Shown piece by piece: positions 46,026 to 61,100 of a stretch of DNA of 64,000 bases. The number at the start of each line of letters is the position of its first letter. Position 1 is the first letter of the stretch. The stretch comes from Malacoraja senta (lineage: Eukaryota), in assembly GCA_038087875.1 (NCBI GenBank), contig CM075988.1, forward strand, positions 23,562,001 to 23,626,000. The letters are read 5' to 3'. Below the pieces are notes generated by a model. The model was not told where the DNA came from, did no database searches, and saw only the letters and a list, made by a program, of their open reading frames with translations. The position numbers and the translations under genes are program-made.

Positions 46026-46193
46026 CTAAGCCGTACCCTTGGAGTGCATCAACAAGTCTCTCTGCAGTCCAGCATCAATGTTTGCAGTGGCAGCTCTCCC
46101 TGGAAACGGGTCTGTGATTAGCGTCAGCTTATTGAAGACTCCACGGCCAAAATATTCGGCGATGACCGAGAATCCATCCTTTGCACACTTCAA
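46026..46193 (-). CDS. VPS11: VPS11 exon 16 (last)
   Basis: [25 protein letters not shown]...LLMHSKGTA*. Confidence 0.95.
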   Translation of the reverse strand: MKCAKDGFSVIAEYFGRGVFNKLTLITDPFPGRAATANIDAGLQRDLLMHSKGTA

Positions 46194-49100
46194 CTGGGAA
46201 GCAAACACCAGAATGTTAGATTTCTTATAAATAGATGTAGGCAAAACAATGTAGACGGATCTGTCAAACACCATTGAGGGTAAAGGCTCCACCAGTGTAC
46301 TGTCACATATCCCGGCAAATGCTGGTTGGAGTCTGATTGCTGCGAAGTGGGTTGGGATGCAACACCAGCCCTAGGCTAGGAACGGAGCAGGAACCTAGGA
46401 AGCCAGTGTTCCAAAGCTTAATTACCAGAACCTGTGGCCCTGCACAGCTGGGTGTTAGACAAGACCAACATCTGGATAAACTGCAATGATTCCCCTGGTC
46501 AAACCCCTCCCCGAACCCGTTTCAATTATTCGGACCCGTTGCTTGCCCCCCCCTCACAATACAGATTTACTACCTGGAGATCTCAAAAAATGTTATCCCA
46601 TAAACTGTTATCCCCTTCTTCTGAAGAAGGGTCTCGACCCGAAACGTCACCTATTCCTTCGCTCCATAGATGCTGCCTCACCTGATGAGTTTCTCCAGCA
46701 CTTTCATCTACATCCCATTATACCAAGTCATCTTGTGTTTCATTCCTGCTCTCCACAAAATACATCCTTTCTTTTATGGCAAACATCAAGTGATATGTGT
46801 AGGAAGGAACTGCAAATGCTGATTTACACCGAAGATAGACACCAAATGCTGGAGTAACTCAGCTCGACAGGCCGCATCTGTGGCGAGAAAGAACGGGTGA
46901 CGTTTCGGGTCGAGATCCTTCTTCAGACTTCGAGCCGGAATTTCACCCATACCTTCCCTCCAGAGATGCTGCCTGTCTCGCTGAGTTACTCCAGCAATAG
47001 TAATGAGCTTTCGGATGGTAATTCAGACTGGAAAGTCTGAAGAAGGGTCTCGACCCACAATGTCTATTCTATATTTCCCTTCATCTCTAATCCCTTTGTC
47101 CTATTTTCACACCTTACATTTCCTTATCTATGTATCTCCCTCTCCCCTAACATCAGTCTGAAGAAGGGTCTCGACCCGAAATGTCACCCATTCCTTCGCT
47201 CCAGAGATGCTGCCTGTCCCGCTGTGTTACTCCAGCATTTTGTGTCTATCTTCCATCAAGTGATACATTCCTCTTACCTGGTGCTGGAACTTGTCATGAA
47301 GATCATGTTTCTGCTCTTGGGCTCGAATCATGTCCATGACTTTATGGTTTTCTGGCATGCAGGTCGGGCACTCCGAGTCATGTTCTGCGTAACTCTCGAA
47401 GCAATGCTGGTGGAAAGAATGGCCACACAGGAAGTGGACAGAGGGAAGTTCCAGGGGACTGTTGCACATGCTGCACTTGGATTTCTGGAAAGTCTTGGCA
47501 CTGTGAATGCAGAAAGATAAAGCCAGTGACTCCCACGCTCAGACAGAGTGTACTGCTGATAAAAACAAAAGCTTGAAGATTATATTGGTATGTGTTTAAA
47601 CAATGTATGGGGAAAGAAAAAGGCAGAACACGAAAGCAAGAGTGTACACAATCATTAGGTGCGCAAAAGCAGTGGAGAAGTGGAACTTTAATAGTTGGGG
47701 GAGGGAGGGTGTGGATCACCAACAAACATCTCTAATTTAGACAAAGGTATACAGTGGGATTAATGCACAACAGTCCGCAAAACAGCAATGCTAAATATTA
47801 GGGAATACGTTAAGGGCATATACATTGAGACGTTTGGATCTATTTAACTCCAATTTTGATTTGGTCAGATGCTCCATCATATACAGTTGAATGAACAAAT
47901 ATTTAGCCTTAAACATTGGAAAGGATGCAATGTTTCACATCTAAAATTTTCATTTACCTGGTCTCGAGATCCTCAATCTCCTCTCGGATCTTCTTGGTTT
48001 CCTCCCGGTACTGTTTGATCCTTCGCTCGTCCTCTGCGATATGGTCACTCTCCTGCTGCAGTTTGTTAACGAGGTAATCCTTAATGACTGAGAGCGTGGC
48101 TGTGGAGTTATGAGCCAGTGTCTGCACAACTGCACAAAAATAGCGAGGGGAATGTTTCAAACTAACGAACAGTCAAAACAGAATCTCTTGCACATAGGTG
48201 AAGCAGGATAGCTGGATGACGGCAGTGACACAGTGGTAGAGTTGCTACTTTACAGCGCAAGGGACCCGGGCTTGATCTTGACTATGGGTTCTCCCCGATC
48301 CTGCGTGTTTTCTCCGGGTGCTCCGGTTTCCTCCCACATTCCAAAGACATACAGGTTTATGGGTTAAGTGGCTTCGGTAAAATTGTACATTGTTCCTAGT
48401 GTGTGTAGGATAGTCCTAGGGTACGAGGTGATCGCTGGACAGCACGGACTCAGTGGGCCGAAGGGCCTGTTTCCGCACTGTATCCAAACTAAACTAAAAA
48501 GCTCTATAAAATAAAGTAGAAGGTAGACAAACATGCTGGAGAAACTCAGCGGGTGAGGCAGCATTTATGTCTACCTTAATAAAGTCTTATCTTATCTTAT
48601 CTTCGATTTTTCCAGCATCTGCAGTTCTTTCTTAAACATATAAAATGAAGTAGATGCATTTTGAAGAAAAAAAAGATTATGAGAAAATTGAAGGGGGATT
48701 GGGTCCAGAGCCATCTCCATTGAGTCAGCAAAGCAGCAATGGGCTGAATTGAAACCAAGCATTGTAGGCGTGAGAGCAGGTTGCGATGAAGTTTGTACTC
48801 AGCAGTAGGATAGAGACAGGTTGACTGAATGGACAATAATATGGAATTTAATGTGGGCAAGTGGGGAGAAGATTTACGAGGATGTTGCCAGGACTCGAGG
48901 GCCTGAGCTAAAGGGGGGGGGTGGGGAATAAGCAGGCTCAAACTCTATTCCTTGGAGCCCAGGAGGATGAGGGGTGATCTGGAAGAGATGTACAAAATCA
49001 TGTGAGAAATAGATTGTGTAAATGCAAAGAGTCTCTTGCCCGGAGCAGGGGAATCGAGAACCAGGTTTAAACTAAACAGGAGAACTAGGTTTAAGGTGAG

Positions 49101-52100
49101 GGGGGAAAGATTTCATAGGAATCTGAGGAGTAACTTTTTTTTTTACACAAAGGATGGTGGGTGTATGGAAAGAGCTACCGGAGGAGGTAGTTGACGCCGG
49201 TACTATTGCAGCTTTTAAGAAACATTTAGATAGGCACATGGATAGGACAGGTTTAGAGGAATGTGAGGTTTAGAGGAATAGATTAGACATGTTGGTCGGT
49301 GTGGGCATTTTTTAGCCTAAGGGCCTGTTTCCACGTTGTATCACTCCATGTGTGAGATAATGCACATTGTCGAGAGAAATCAAGAGGCATGTTATTATAT
49401 AAATGTTAAGGTGCGGGGATCGCTGGTCAGCGCGAACCCAGTGGGCCGAAAGGCCTGTTTACGTGCTGTATCTCTCAATTAAAACCAAAACCCTTACCCA
49501 GCAAAGGGGGCATGAGGTTGTTCCTGTCGATGTGTCTCAGCACGCTCATGATGTATTCTTTACAATCCTCCTCCTTTCGAGCAAAATAGCCAAGCGCTTG
49601 TTCCCACAGGCAGGCTTCCTGCTCACCGTACCGCTCACACGTCTCAATCACCTTGGCGTACTCGTTATTCTGCATGTGATAGTGCATGATCTGCTGGTAG
49701 CTGCAGCAGAGAACCGGCTTACAATGAGGAATGGGGAGGTGGTAAACTAACTAAAACACACACACACACAAACAATCAAAGTGCGTTTGGTAAAAGTAGG
49801 AAGCCTTTTGGAAATATAGCCACTACTAATATGAGGAAATAACTCTGAAGACCCCCACAAGGCAAAGAGGCATTTCCCAGACTGTCTGCTTTACTGATGT
49901 TGTCAATGATTGATGGACAAATATTGGCCAGGATTCATGAATGAACTCCATTCATAGATTATCTAACCGAGGTTATCTTCTAATCTAAAAGAACACCTCT
50001 CATTGCTCTATTTAAGCCTGCCAACCCAGACTTTATACTCTCAAGCCTGCAGTAACATGGGAATCTACAAGTTGAGAGATGAAATAGCTGAAACATTCAC
50101 TCATCCAAGACCCCATCAGTCTCACTCTCCAGGGATTTGGACTTTGGACTCTTTCTGGAGTTCCCACTCGTAATACTGAACATCCTCTGGTCCTCCAATT
50201 CTTAGAACCCTTAGCATCCTTGCATTCTTGTCCCTTTCCATTCCACACTGCCTGCACCTCCCGGTATTCCCCCTCAAAAAAACTCCACTTCTCTTCACTG
50301 TCACTGGTGGTCAAGCAATTTGCTGCCAGATACAAAACTCTGGATTTTTCACACAAAACATATCACCGGCCACCCAAGAGCAGAAGATCGTTTCACTGAA
50401 CACCACCACTCAGTCCACCTAAACCTACCTGATCTCCCGGTTGCTAAATACTTTAACCTCCCCCCCCCCCATTCCCACACTGACCTTTCTGTCCTGGGCC
50501 GCTTCCATTGTCAGAATGAGGCCCAGTGCAAATTGGAGGAACAACACCTCATATTTCGCTTGGGCAGCTTACACCCCAGCAGTATGAACGTTGACTTCTC
50601 TAACTTCAAGTAATCCTTGCTTTTCCTCTCTCTCCATCCCCTCCCCCTTCCCAGGTCTCCGACCAGTCTTACTGTCTCCGACTACATTTTATCTCTAAGA
50701 TAGACACAAAAAGCTGGAGCAACTCAGCGGGACAGGCAGCATCTTGGGGAGAAAGAACGGGTGACGTTTCAGGTCAAGACCCTTTTATCTCTGTTTGTTT
50801 TGTTGTTGTTATCTTCTCCCAGCTAACAATAATCTATTCTACATTACCCTTCATCTCCATTCCCTTTGTCCTATTTTTACACCTTAAAATTCCTTATCTA
50901 TGTATCTCCCTCTCCCCTGACATCAGTCTGAAGAAGGGTCTCGACCCGAAATGTCACCCATTCCTTCTCTCCGGAGATGCTGCCTGTCCCACTGAGTTAC
51001 TCCAGCATTTTGTCTACCCAAGAGCAGGGGCCTCTTAAATTATTATTTCTTATCTGTCTAAAACCTCCACAAATACTTGCTCCCAATCAGCCTCTACCGA
51101 CAATTGTACTGTATTAAAACAACGGAAAACTATTTCGTAATAAATTAGATGTCCCAGATATAAAACTGATCACATTAGGTATGTCAGAGGCCTGCTCTAA
51201 GCTAAAGATATTTCAAAGACGTTTCCTCAATTACGGCCTAATAACGGCCAAAAAATTAATACTTAAATTTTGGAAACAGACAACAGTCCCCACAGTGAAG
51301 ATGTGGATTACAGATATGTCCGAGACACTACATTTGGAAAACATTAGGCTTTCCAGATCAATTTCTTAAGACATGGTTACCTTTTACTGAATTTCTGCAA
51401 CAACAGAATGGTTAAATTAGATGTCAAATATTCAGAGCGAAGCAATTTCAATCTTTACTCACAGTCGTCCTTGCTCATAGAGGTACAGAACACCATCTTT
51501 GAAATTGTGCATCTGACACAGTACCAGAGCCTTGTCAAAAACAGTTTTAAATAATCCACTCTTCAACAGGCTCATCGCTTCTTCCTGCAGTTGTTTCTTT
51601 GCCTGATTAGGGAAGTATAATGAAATCAAAACCGAATAAGCATGACATTTAATACAGACTAAGAATGATGTCAAACAGAAGCAACTTTACAAATAGTGTG
51701 CACGTTCGCTATCGGTACTCTCTCTCCACCAACCGTATCATCCCTGGGACTGCTGCAATGATCCAAAACTGTACGTGGCATGATTACAAAAAAATTGCTG
51801 ATGAACTGGGCCATGGTTGGCAACCACGGAACCATCCACGTCAGCAATGATGGGACAAAGTTCATGAACACCAAATGAGGGGATAGAAAACAGGGTATGT
51901 CCCCCCAATCAATGGAAAGTTTCTACCTTCAGTTCCCAAGAAAATTATTGGTAGAAATGTAAAGACCTCTTGGAAGTGTTTTTTGGGGATGCACTGAGGT
52001 GAAGTTAGGTATTTTATTGGGGAAGGAATCAAGAGCAACCTATGCTGTGCATGTGGGTACAAGGAGAAGAAAGATGAATAGAAGAATCGCATTCTTTGCC

Positions 52101-55100
52101 AGCAAACAACAAAACGTGAATTTATATAAAGGGGAGCAGTTCTGACCTTGACGTTCTCCTCATGGGCCCAGTCTTGCAGCCTGAGTTCAAGCAATGTGTC
52201 GTACACTCCCTGTGGGGAGTTGTCCTGCACCTGGATCATGTGCTCCAGAAACAACTTCAGCTCACGAGAGTTGTTGGCAAAAATTGGAATAAACTCCTCC
52301 GAATTTGCCTGCAATAAAATAAGAAAAAGGAAGGCAAAGCGATTATACTAAACCCTTTAGAAAATAGGTTTAGATTTACAAATATACTAAAATCTTTAGA
52401 AATTAGAAATGGCCTCAGTGGGATTACAGTGACCAATTATGGACAGTACATTAGGAAGAACACCAAAATCTTGCAAGAATGCAGATGAGATAAAAAAGAC
52501 TAGGACTCTGATTATGAGATTTCCTAGCCTGGCACGAGAAGATTGGAGAAACTAGAGTTGTCTCTCAAGGCAGGAAAGGTTAGTGGGAATGAATACAAAG
52601 ATTTAATACAGAGCTGTCGTATTTTCATAAGTATAAATAGGGAGAAATTGCTTCCACTGACATATATCTCAGCCACTTGAGAATTGCAAAAGAACCAGAG
52701 TAGATGAAAATATTAGTTTTTCTCTTTACACAACGTTATGAATCAGAATACCTTCTGCAAAAGGACTGTGGAAGGAGATTCAATAGTAATTTTGAAAGAG
52801 AGATAAATTAATGTGCAAAGAGGAAAAAAGATGCAGGGTTATCAGGAAAGAGCAGGGGATAGGGATTGATTATACATTTTAAAGACTTGCCTTGGGTACG
52901 AGGGGCCAAATGAACGAGTGCATGATAGTATAAAAATGATGGATGGTGAGAGGAGACCGTCAGTGCCTTACCTTATACTCATATCGGCTGCCAGATTCTC
53001 TCTCTGGCAGGGGCTCATTGCTTGGTCGGTAGTCCGTGCAGAGAATCTTCAACAGCTCAGTGGTCTCATTTGGAACGTGATGCATCAGTGTTTTCCCATA
53101 CTTCTTCATGTTCCTTTCTGCTTGGTCAAAGGGCAGTTTTCCAATGTAATGGAGGGCTTGTTGGTAGTTCTGCAAAATACAGGTAACAAATCCAACTGGG
53201 ATTCAGATCTTCATGGAGATGAACACAGAGCACAAGGAAGGTGGAGCAACTCAGGATTTCAGATGCTAAGATAGAATTTATCAATGCATAGATTGCAAAT
53301 TTGGAGTAATGAAAAGATGAAGAACCAGGTGGTGTTTATAAATGAGAATTGGAGGAATTGATTAGGGGATTTTTCAAGGGAACACAAAATAACATGATGT
53401 GTAGGAAGAAACTGCTGATGCTGGTTTATACCCAAGATAGACACAAAGTGCTGGAGTAACTCAGCGGGTCAGGCAGCATCTCTGGATAAAGAGTAGGTGA
53501 CAAAATAACATGGATGGATGTGAAGCAAGACTAACCAGTGTGGGGTGAACGCAGAATGATAAGAGTATATAGTCTAACCCAAAAGAAGCCTGGTAAGTGA
53601 AGAAATGGCTAATTAATACAGTAAACAGCCAAAGGTTTATACCTCACAACTTGCAAAGCCCTAAAAGTTGTGTACATACTTCCTTCGTTACAATATTTTC
53701 AGAACTAATGTTTAGCCCCTGATTCCAGCCCAGTGACTCCTGCACGAAAACACTTGACAGCCCTCCGGAGTTAACATAGTGCCCTGCCTCTCACAGAGAG
53801 ATGTACGAGACTATAAAGAACACTAAACACACCCGAAACTACAGCCCAGCTCAGCATCGTCTCATTCCAATGTTGGGCATCAGATTAAACACACTGATTT
53901 TGGGAGACGACAGAAATAGCATCAAAGCATTAAGCGGAATTCACCAACAAAAATCACATTACTTCCCTTGAGCATTAGTTATTAGTCAGTCAGCTTCATT
54001 TTCAGGAAAAGCAGCTAAACATTGAGGAAGGGTTACCTTGATATCCTCCAGCTGGATTTTGAGGTACCACTCATGATGGAAGTGCTTATCGGCGAGATAG
54101 ACGGCATGATTGAAGTAACCAGCTTGACGCAGGACTTTGATGGCGGTTTCAATGTCAAAATGCACCTCACTCTCACTGGTCTGTCATGAATGGAGATTCA
54201 GAAAAGATCAACCATTAAAGGTCAATTCTCCCAATGCATTGCTTTCTAAAATTATAACTTTTCACAACTGCTAAAAATAGTATAAGACATTTAGTCCAAA
54301 TATTCAAAATTCACATGATTCAGGATTCCTACATTACCAGATCCATATATTTGGGAAATACAATAATTAAGTTATTAATGTTTTAATATTAATTAAATGT
54401 GCGAGAAGTGATGAGAATGCAAAGAGGCTTCATGAAGATATAGACCAGCTGAATGAGCGGACAACAACAGGGTAGAGAGAGCATAATGTGGAAAAATATG
54501 CACACTGGTAGGAAGAGGAAAATGAAGAGAACTTTTACAATGGTGAGAGATTGGGAAGTGTTAATGTTCAAGTGAGGATTGATGCCCTTATATGCTAGTC
54601 ACTGACAGTTAACATTTAGCTTCAGCTGGTAGTTAAAAACCAAAATGGCATGTTGGCCTTAATATTAAAACAATTTGAGTACGAGATTAAATAAGTTGTA
54701 TTATAATTATACTGGGCCTTGTTGAGATGAAGTTAGACAAAAATGCTGGAGAAACTCAGCGGGTGCGGCAGCATCTATGGAGCGAAGGAAATAGGCAACG
54801 TTTCGGCCCGAAACGTTGCCTATTTCCTTCGCTCCATAGATGCTGCCGCACCCGCTGAGTTTCTCCAGCATTTTTGTCTACCTTCGATTTTCCAGCATCT
54901 GCAGTTCCTTCTTGAACACTTGGTGAGATGAAACCTGGTTTACTATATTCATTTTCTGTCTCCTTACTTAAAAATAGATATATAAGGGAATGGTGATGAA
55001 GTTTTGCTGGACTAGTTCTTGTGGTAGTGGGTCTACAATGTGCTAAGCCCTAGACTGGTGCTTAAACCTTCAACTTACGTACAAGATTGCAACTTGATTT

Positions 55101-58100
55101 CATGACATTCTGACCATTTGAATGACACAATTATGGTAAATGGATTGCGAGATTCTGGCATGGGACGAGCAGGAATTGGGAAGGAGGAGGAGGAGGAAGG
55201 GGCGATGGTTACCTTAATGAACTCCTCAAGTTTGGAGCTATCCTTCAGCTTGGTGTAACAGTTAAGGAGAAGAGTTGTGTGGTCCTCGTTGGCCAGTGAC
55301 TGCCGGTGCAAGGCTTGCAGATACGCTGTTAGATTGTGGATTCGCTGTGCATCCAAAAACTTTCGTATCACATAGGATGGCTCCAATTTCCCTATAGTCC
55401 TGTGGACAATGAGAAGAGGTTTACTGTTGGAGCAGGCAATCTGAAACATAGTAGGTAGCTCATAACATATTAACGTGTAGTAGCTTGTTCATATCCTAAT
55501 AATGTGACTAATTGATGAAATATTTCCCCTTGAGGGCACAGGCAGAGTTGCATTTATCTGACAGTGGGGCCAAGGATGTGGTGAGGTGGAGCGGGAGATG
55601 GTAGCCTCAAATTAAGCAGGAAGAGATAGAGCTGGGAACCAAAGTGTACCGACTCTCTTGGTCCAAAGGCTGAACTGGGAACGTCATAGATCAAAACTGG
55701 GCAGACAGACTATTCCCACAAGCAAATTGGGACGCAGGTGATGAAATCTCACCAACCCAATGCTCCTAGAGCTGGAGTGCTTCTTCATATGTACTCTCTG
55801 CCCTGTAGCAACTTAACCAAGGGATGACCTCCTCCTACATTCGTCACGTGATTTAATTTCAAAAGATAGCTACCATCTACTGGCAACTCACATTGAAGAG
55901 CATCAAAACTGGTTTTGATCTTGCCTGAATCTCACAATTGCTTTATCAAGAACTACATGACAGTATTCAGGATGTGCCCAGAGTTCATTTCAAGCAAGAG
56001 TTCTTACTCATTTCGGCTCCAAAGGTTGTTTCTGGCTGGGAGTTGCTTCAGTAGTTTTGTGTCGATAATGGTTTAAATTTAAAGACTGTGACAAGGTGCT
56101 GCAGATCTACACCGTATTTGTGGATCACAAAGCAGCCCCCATCCTGCAAGGATTTGAAGAGTGCCAGATAATTCCCCAGAAAGCCCAGGCACATACCGGA
56201 TGTACTGCTGGATGGCCCCATCGTGATCTCCTTTGACATACAGGTGGTCACCATACTGTCGAAAGATCTCTGCCAATCCATCGCTATCCAAATGTTGGCT
56301 CTTTGCCAGGTTGATTGCCATAACAAACAGATTCTTCTTAAACAACATCTGTCAAACAGTAACGATTCATTATCAATTGTTAAACATAAAAATGAATGAA
56401 AAAGTTGCAAGGTAGGTGAATGGATTTTAGGAGAAAGGAAGCTTGATTAGAATGGGTGTCAGGGATTATGGGAAGAAGGCAGGAGAATGGGGTTGTGAGG
56501 GAAAGATAGATCAGACAGGATTGAAAGGCGGAGTAAACTTGATCGGCCGAATGGCCTAATTCTGATTCTAGAACTTATGAAACTGAAATGTCAGTGTGAG
56601 ATTCAGGATCAGTAGAACATCAGAGGGGAATGGATGTGCTTCCGTTTGAACACTACATTTTCCCATTATTCCCAATGACGTAATTTCAGTTACAGACATC
56701 CTCCAAGTATTTTATGCCTTTATGCTTTCTTCCAGAATTCCAAGCTTAGCATCCTCGATAAAAGCGTTATGCATATCAGAGGCTCAGTTTAATAGCACAA
56801 TCAACTCTGACAGTGCAGTATTGCAACCCCCAAATGCTGGCGGATGTTGAGATGATAACATTCTGCTCATCATTTCTGTTTGCCTGCCACTGACCACATG
56901 CAACTGTAACACAAGTACCTCCAGCTTTGTCTGTGTGTCCTTTTCCTGCAGGATACTGATCTTCCGATCGCTAGACAGCACATAGAGGGAGCCCCACTCT
57001 GCCAGTACGTCGACAATGTCATCGAATGCTGCCGTGTACGCAATGAACTTATTGTCCAGGTCGTAGATGGTCAGTATCTGCTTCTCTGAAGACTGCCCAT
57101 TACCAGAAACAAAATCTGTCCTAGAAAAGAAGCACTGGGCATTGTAAGACAGAAAGGGCAGTTTGGGATTCACGCCATCAAATAAACAGAGCAATTTCAC
57201 TTTAAAAGAGCACTTGCAATTAAAATCACGCTTCCTATTCGTTTGTAACAAGCTCAAATGATCGATTGAGGCTTGAACCCATGCCCTTAGTTAATCCACT
57301 CCCTGAATGTGAGCATTGGTGGACAAGGAAGCAATTATTCCCCAAGTATAGTTCTCCATCAAGAAGATTGTTGTTGCTCCTTTAAACTACTCCAGCTGTC
57401 TTAATCTGCCCAATAAGTTCCATAAAGATGTCTAATATGTTAAGGTACCACATCTAAAATTGAATTTCAAAGATTCAACAACTCTAACATTTTATTTAAA
57501 ACTGAAAAAATAACCTTCGGGCCTGAAACAACAACAATTGACTTGTGACCACAAGTTCTTGAGCAGCCCAGAGCAGGTACCTAGAAGGAGTGTTTCTCGG
57601 GGAACAGGACCTGCACTAAACAGAGAGAAAAATCGATGCCTAGAGAATATTTAAAACCCAAATCCATTTGGTGCATAGACACTGCATTATCAGACCATGG
57701 GTGTCGGAAGGAACTGCAGTTGCTGGTTTAAACCGAAGATAGACACAAAGAGCTGGAGTAACTCAGTGGGACAGGCAGCAGGGTTTAGAGATACAGACAC
57801 AGAAACAGGCCCGTCGGCCCACTGTCCACGCCGAACAGCAATCGCTGCACATTAACACTATCCTACACACACACACACACACTAGGGACAATTTACAATT
57901 TTGCCAAAGCCTACAAACCTGTACACCTTTAGAGTGTGGAAGGAAACCAGAGATCCTGGAGAAAACCCATGCGGTCACAGGAAGAATGTACAAACGTCAT
58001 ACAGACAAACACCCGTAGTCAGGATTGAACCCGGGTCTCTGGCGCTGTAAGGCAGCAACTCTCCTGCTGCCCCATCCTGCCGCCCATAAATTCTTAGGTT

Positions 58101-61100
58101 GGTTCTTAAGATAAGTTGATTTTTTTTTTAAAGTATATTGCTGACTGTATCCGGTCCAACAATAACCCCCAATATGAACACGAAACTACTTGCATACTTT
58201 GAAGATTTCTTGTCCTTTGAGACAATGATGAGATAGCCACGATACCAGTGAACAATCTGCTTCTGCCCCTCAAAGGCAAAGCAAGGCCCACGCTCATCAG
58301 GCTGGTAGAGATACACGCAGTCGTCCCCTGCAACTATCAGCTGGTTGTCCTGTGAAGGGTCGCACAGGGCAGAACAGTGCAGGCTGCAGCCATGGTTATC
58401 CAGCTCCATCGCAGGAAAATCTTTCACTGATACATTGTACGACTGAAAGTAAATACAGAGACAGACCATGTAACACTTGCTCTTCTACAATACTTTCACA
58501 ACCTCAGTTTGACCCAAAGCGTTCTAAATTTGCATTATAGGAAATGCAGCAGTTCATTATGGGCTATGGGGGGGAAGGCAGGAGAATGGGGTTGAGAGGG
58601 TAAGATAGATCAGCCATGATTGAATGGCGGAGAAGACGTGATGGGCCAAATGGCCTGATTTTGCTCCTAGAACTAATGAAACCAAACTGTCAGTGTGAGA
58701 TTCAGGATCAGCAGAACAGAGGGATAGAGGTGTGTTTCAGTTTGATTTCTACATAATAACATCCACAAGCTGCCAACTGATGACTGCTCACTCCTGACGA
58801 GTGCCTGGTGGGAAATACAATAGCAGCACAGCAGTGTCTGATCTGTCACACAAGATCTTTCCAGTGAAGATAAGACACAAAATGCTGGAATAACTCAGGT
58901 AGTATCCCTGGAGAGAAGGAATGGGTGACGTTTCGGGTCGTGACCCTTCTTGAGGTTGTGAGTCAGGGGTGAGGGGAGAGATCTTTCCAGTAATGGGGCC
59001 TAGGTAAATACTCGGTACAGAGACATCAATGAGCTCTTTGAAAGTCTAGTGATATCAATACCACACTAATGTTCTGGTGAACCTGACAAAAAAAAGGGAT
59101 CAATCTAAACCAGAATTCTTCCATGCCACATAATACATTCGTTAATTCATTCACCAATTTACATGTCAGTTCTTCTCATGGCACACAGTCATTTTGTTTG
59201 CATATATCTTACCAACCCATAGACCAGACTCATGTAGGATGATTGAAAACAGTTTCAATTGAGCTCTTATGTGTGGTGAAGTAGGAGGAAGGGACGCTCA
59301 TGTTCAGCAAAATAAACAGCAAATGCATTATTCTACATTTTTCATCTACACAACTGAAACAAACCAAATCTGACCTACCTTTACATTTTCTGTAGTAACC
59401 ACGAACAGATGGGTCTGTTTACCGGACTGTTGGAATCCCAGGCCAGTGATGGGATAAGTTCCTTCTGCTATAACGTCAGTCTTGCTGTGCCTGTCACGGG
59501 TGATGTCTCCTTTTTTCAGGACAACACTACCATCGGTGAATCCTGCAGAAAACAGAGTGGCAAAGTGGCAGTTCCCTAAATGCATCAATTGGGATTTGAG
59601 CAATAATGGTTCATATTGAGCGTAAACCCAAATATCAATCAGTTTGGCCAAATGGTCTGTTTGGGTGTGTAGGAAGGAACTGCAGATGCTGGTTTACACC
59701 AAAGAGAGACTCAAAATGCTGGAGTAACTCAACAAGTCAGGCACCATCCCTGCAAAGAAGGAATAGGTGATTTTTTGGGTCGAGGTCCTTCTTTGGACTG
59801 AGAGTCAGGGGAGAGGGAGACTAGAAATATGGAAATATTTGGGTGTTGTACATATGTGTCATCTTATGCAATAAGAACACATTGTGGCTTTAGAAAAGGC
59901 AAACCGAAAGAAATGTTCAAATTTGTAAGTGATATTGGTGGATAATGACAAGTGATGTCGGTGAGCAGATGGGCTCATAGGATTACATCCAATGTAATGC
60001 AGAACGTCACAGGTCAGTGTTAATTAGATGTCCTAGGCACAATAGGTCAATTCTGTTTCTGGTTATAATAATTACCAATTGCCATGTGGTTGAGGTTTTC
60101 ATGGACAGTGAGACACGAGACTTCTGTGGGCTTATTTCCTGGAATAGCGGAAAAGATCCTGGTGCACAGAGGATTTCCACTGCCATCTCGCTTCTCCAGA
60201 TTCCAAACCTTCACCTGCAGGGTAAAGAAACATAAAAGGAAACAGATGCAAGAACTACTGGTCAATTTACTAGTTATCAGCTCTAATTGGCAACCTTTGT
60301 AAATTCTAATTGTTTTGAAGAACATGAGCTCTCAAAGCACAAATACCATGAATCCAACTGTTACAGTTAGAACAACACATCTGCTGTATCAAGACTGTCC
60401 TCAGCCACTTAGGGTGAATTTGACAACTCGAGTCCCATTTCAGCCTGAGCTGATGCTTTGACTCCACATCTTCGAGAACTAAGAATGATTATAAACTTAA
60501 TGTTATACTTCCACCTTTCCACAGCCTATCTGCTTCTGAAACCCTTATCCATCAATCTTCCGGCATGTCCAGATTCGCCTATTATGAAGTTTTAATGATC
60601 GACATATCCATACATTTAATTTATCTTAAAGCCCTGTCCCACGGTACAAGTTCATTCAAAGAGCTCTCCCGAGTTTGCCCTGATTCGAACTCGGAGATTT
60701 ACGGTAATGGCCACTCGTCGGTACTCGGGGCTCTCGTGGACATTTTTCATCATGTTGAAAAATCTTCACGAGTCTTCCCGTGCTTACCTGCCGTTAACGA
60801 GTCTTCCCGAGTACCTGCCTTTGCCGCTAAGAGACGTCCCCGAGCTCCGACGTACCCGCTACGTTCATTCTCCGTGCTTACCACGAGTTGTTTTTTTTTT
60901 AAACTCGGGAGAGCTCTTGGAATGAACTCGTACCGCGGGACAGGGCTATTAGACTCTACAATCCGTTACCCTTTCGCCTTGCACAGTGGTCAAAGCCAAA
61001 CATCCCAATCTCTATAATCTCCCCATTTTTAACTACCCGTTTCTAAACTCTGCCTCACTGAATTCATCTTGATTTCCCCTCTTGCTCATCCCATCAATGG

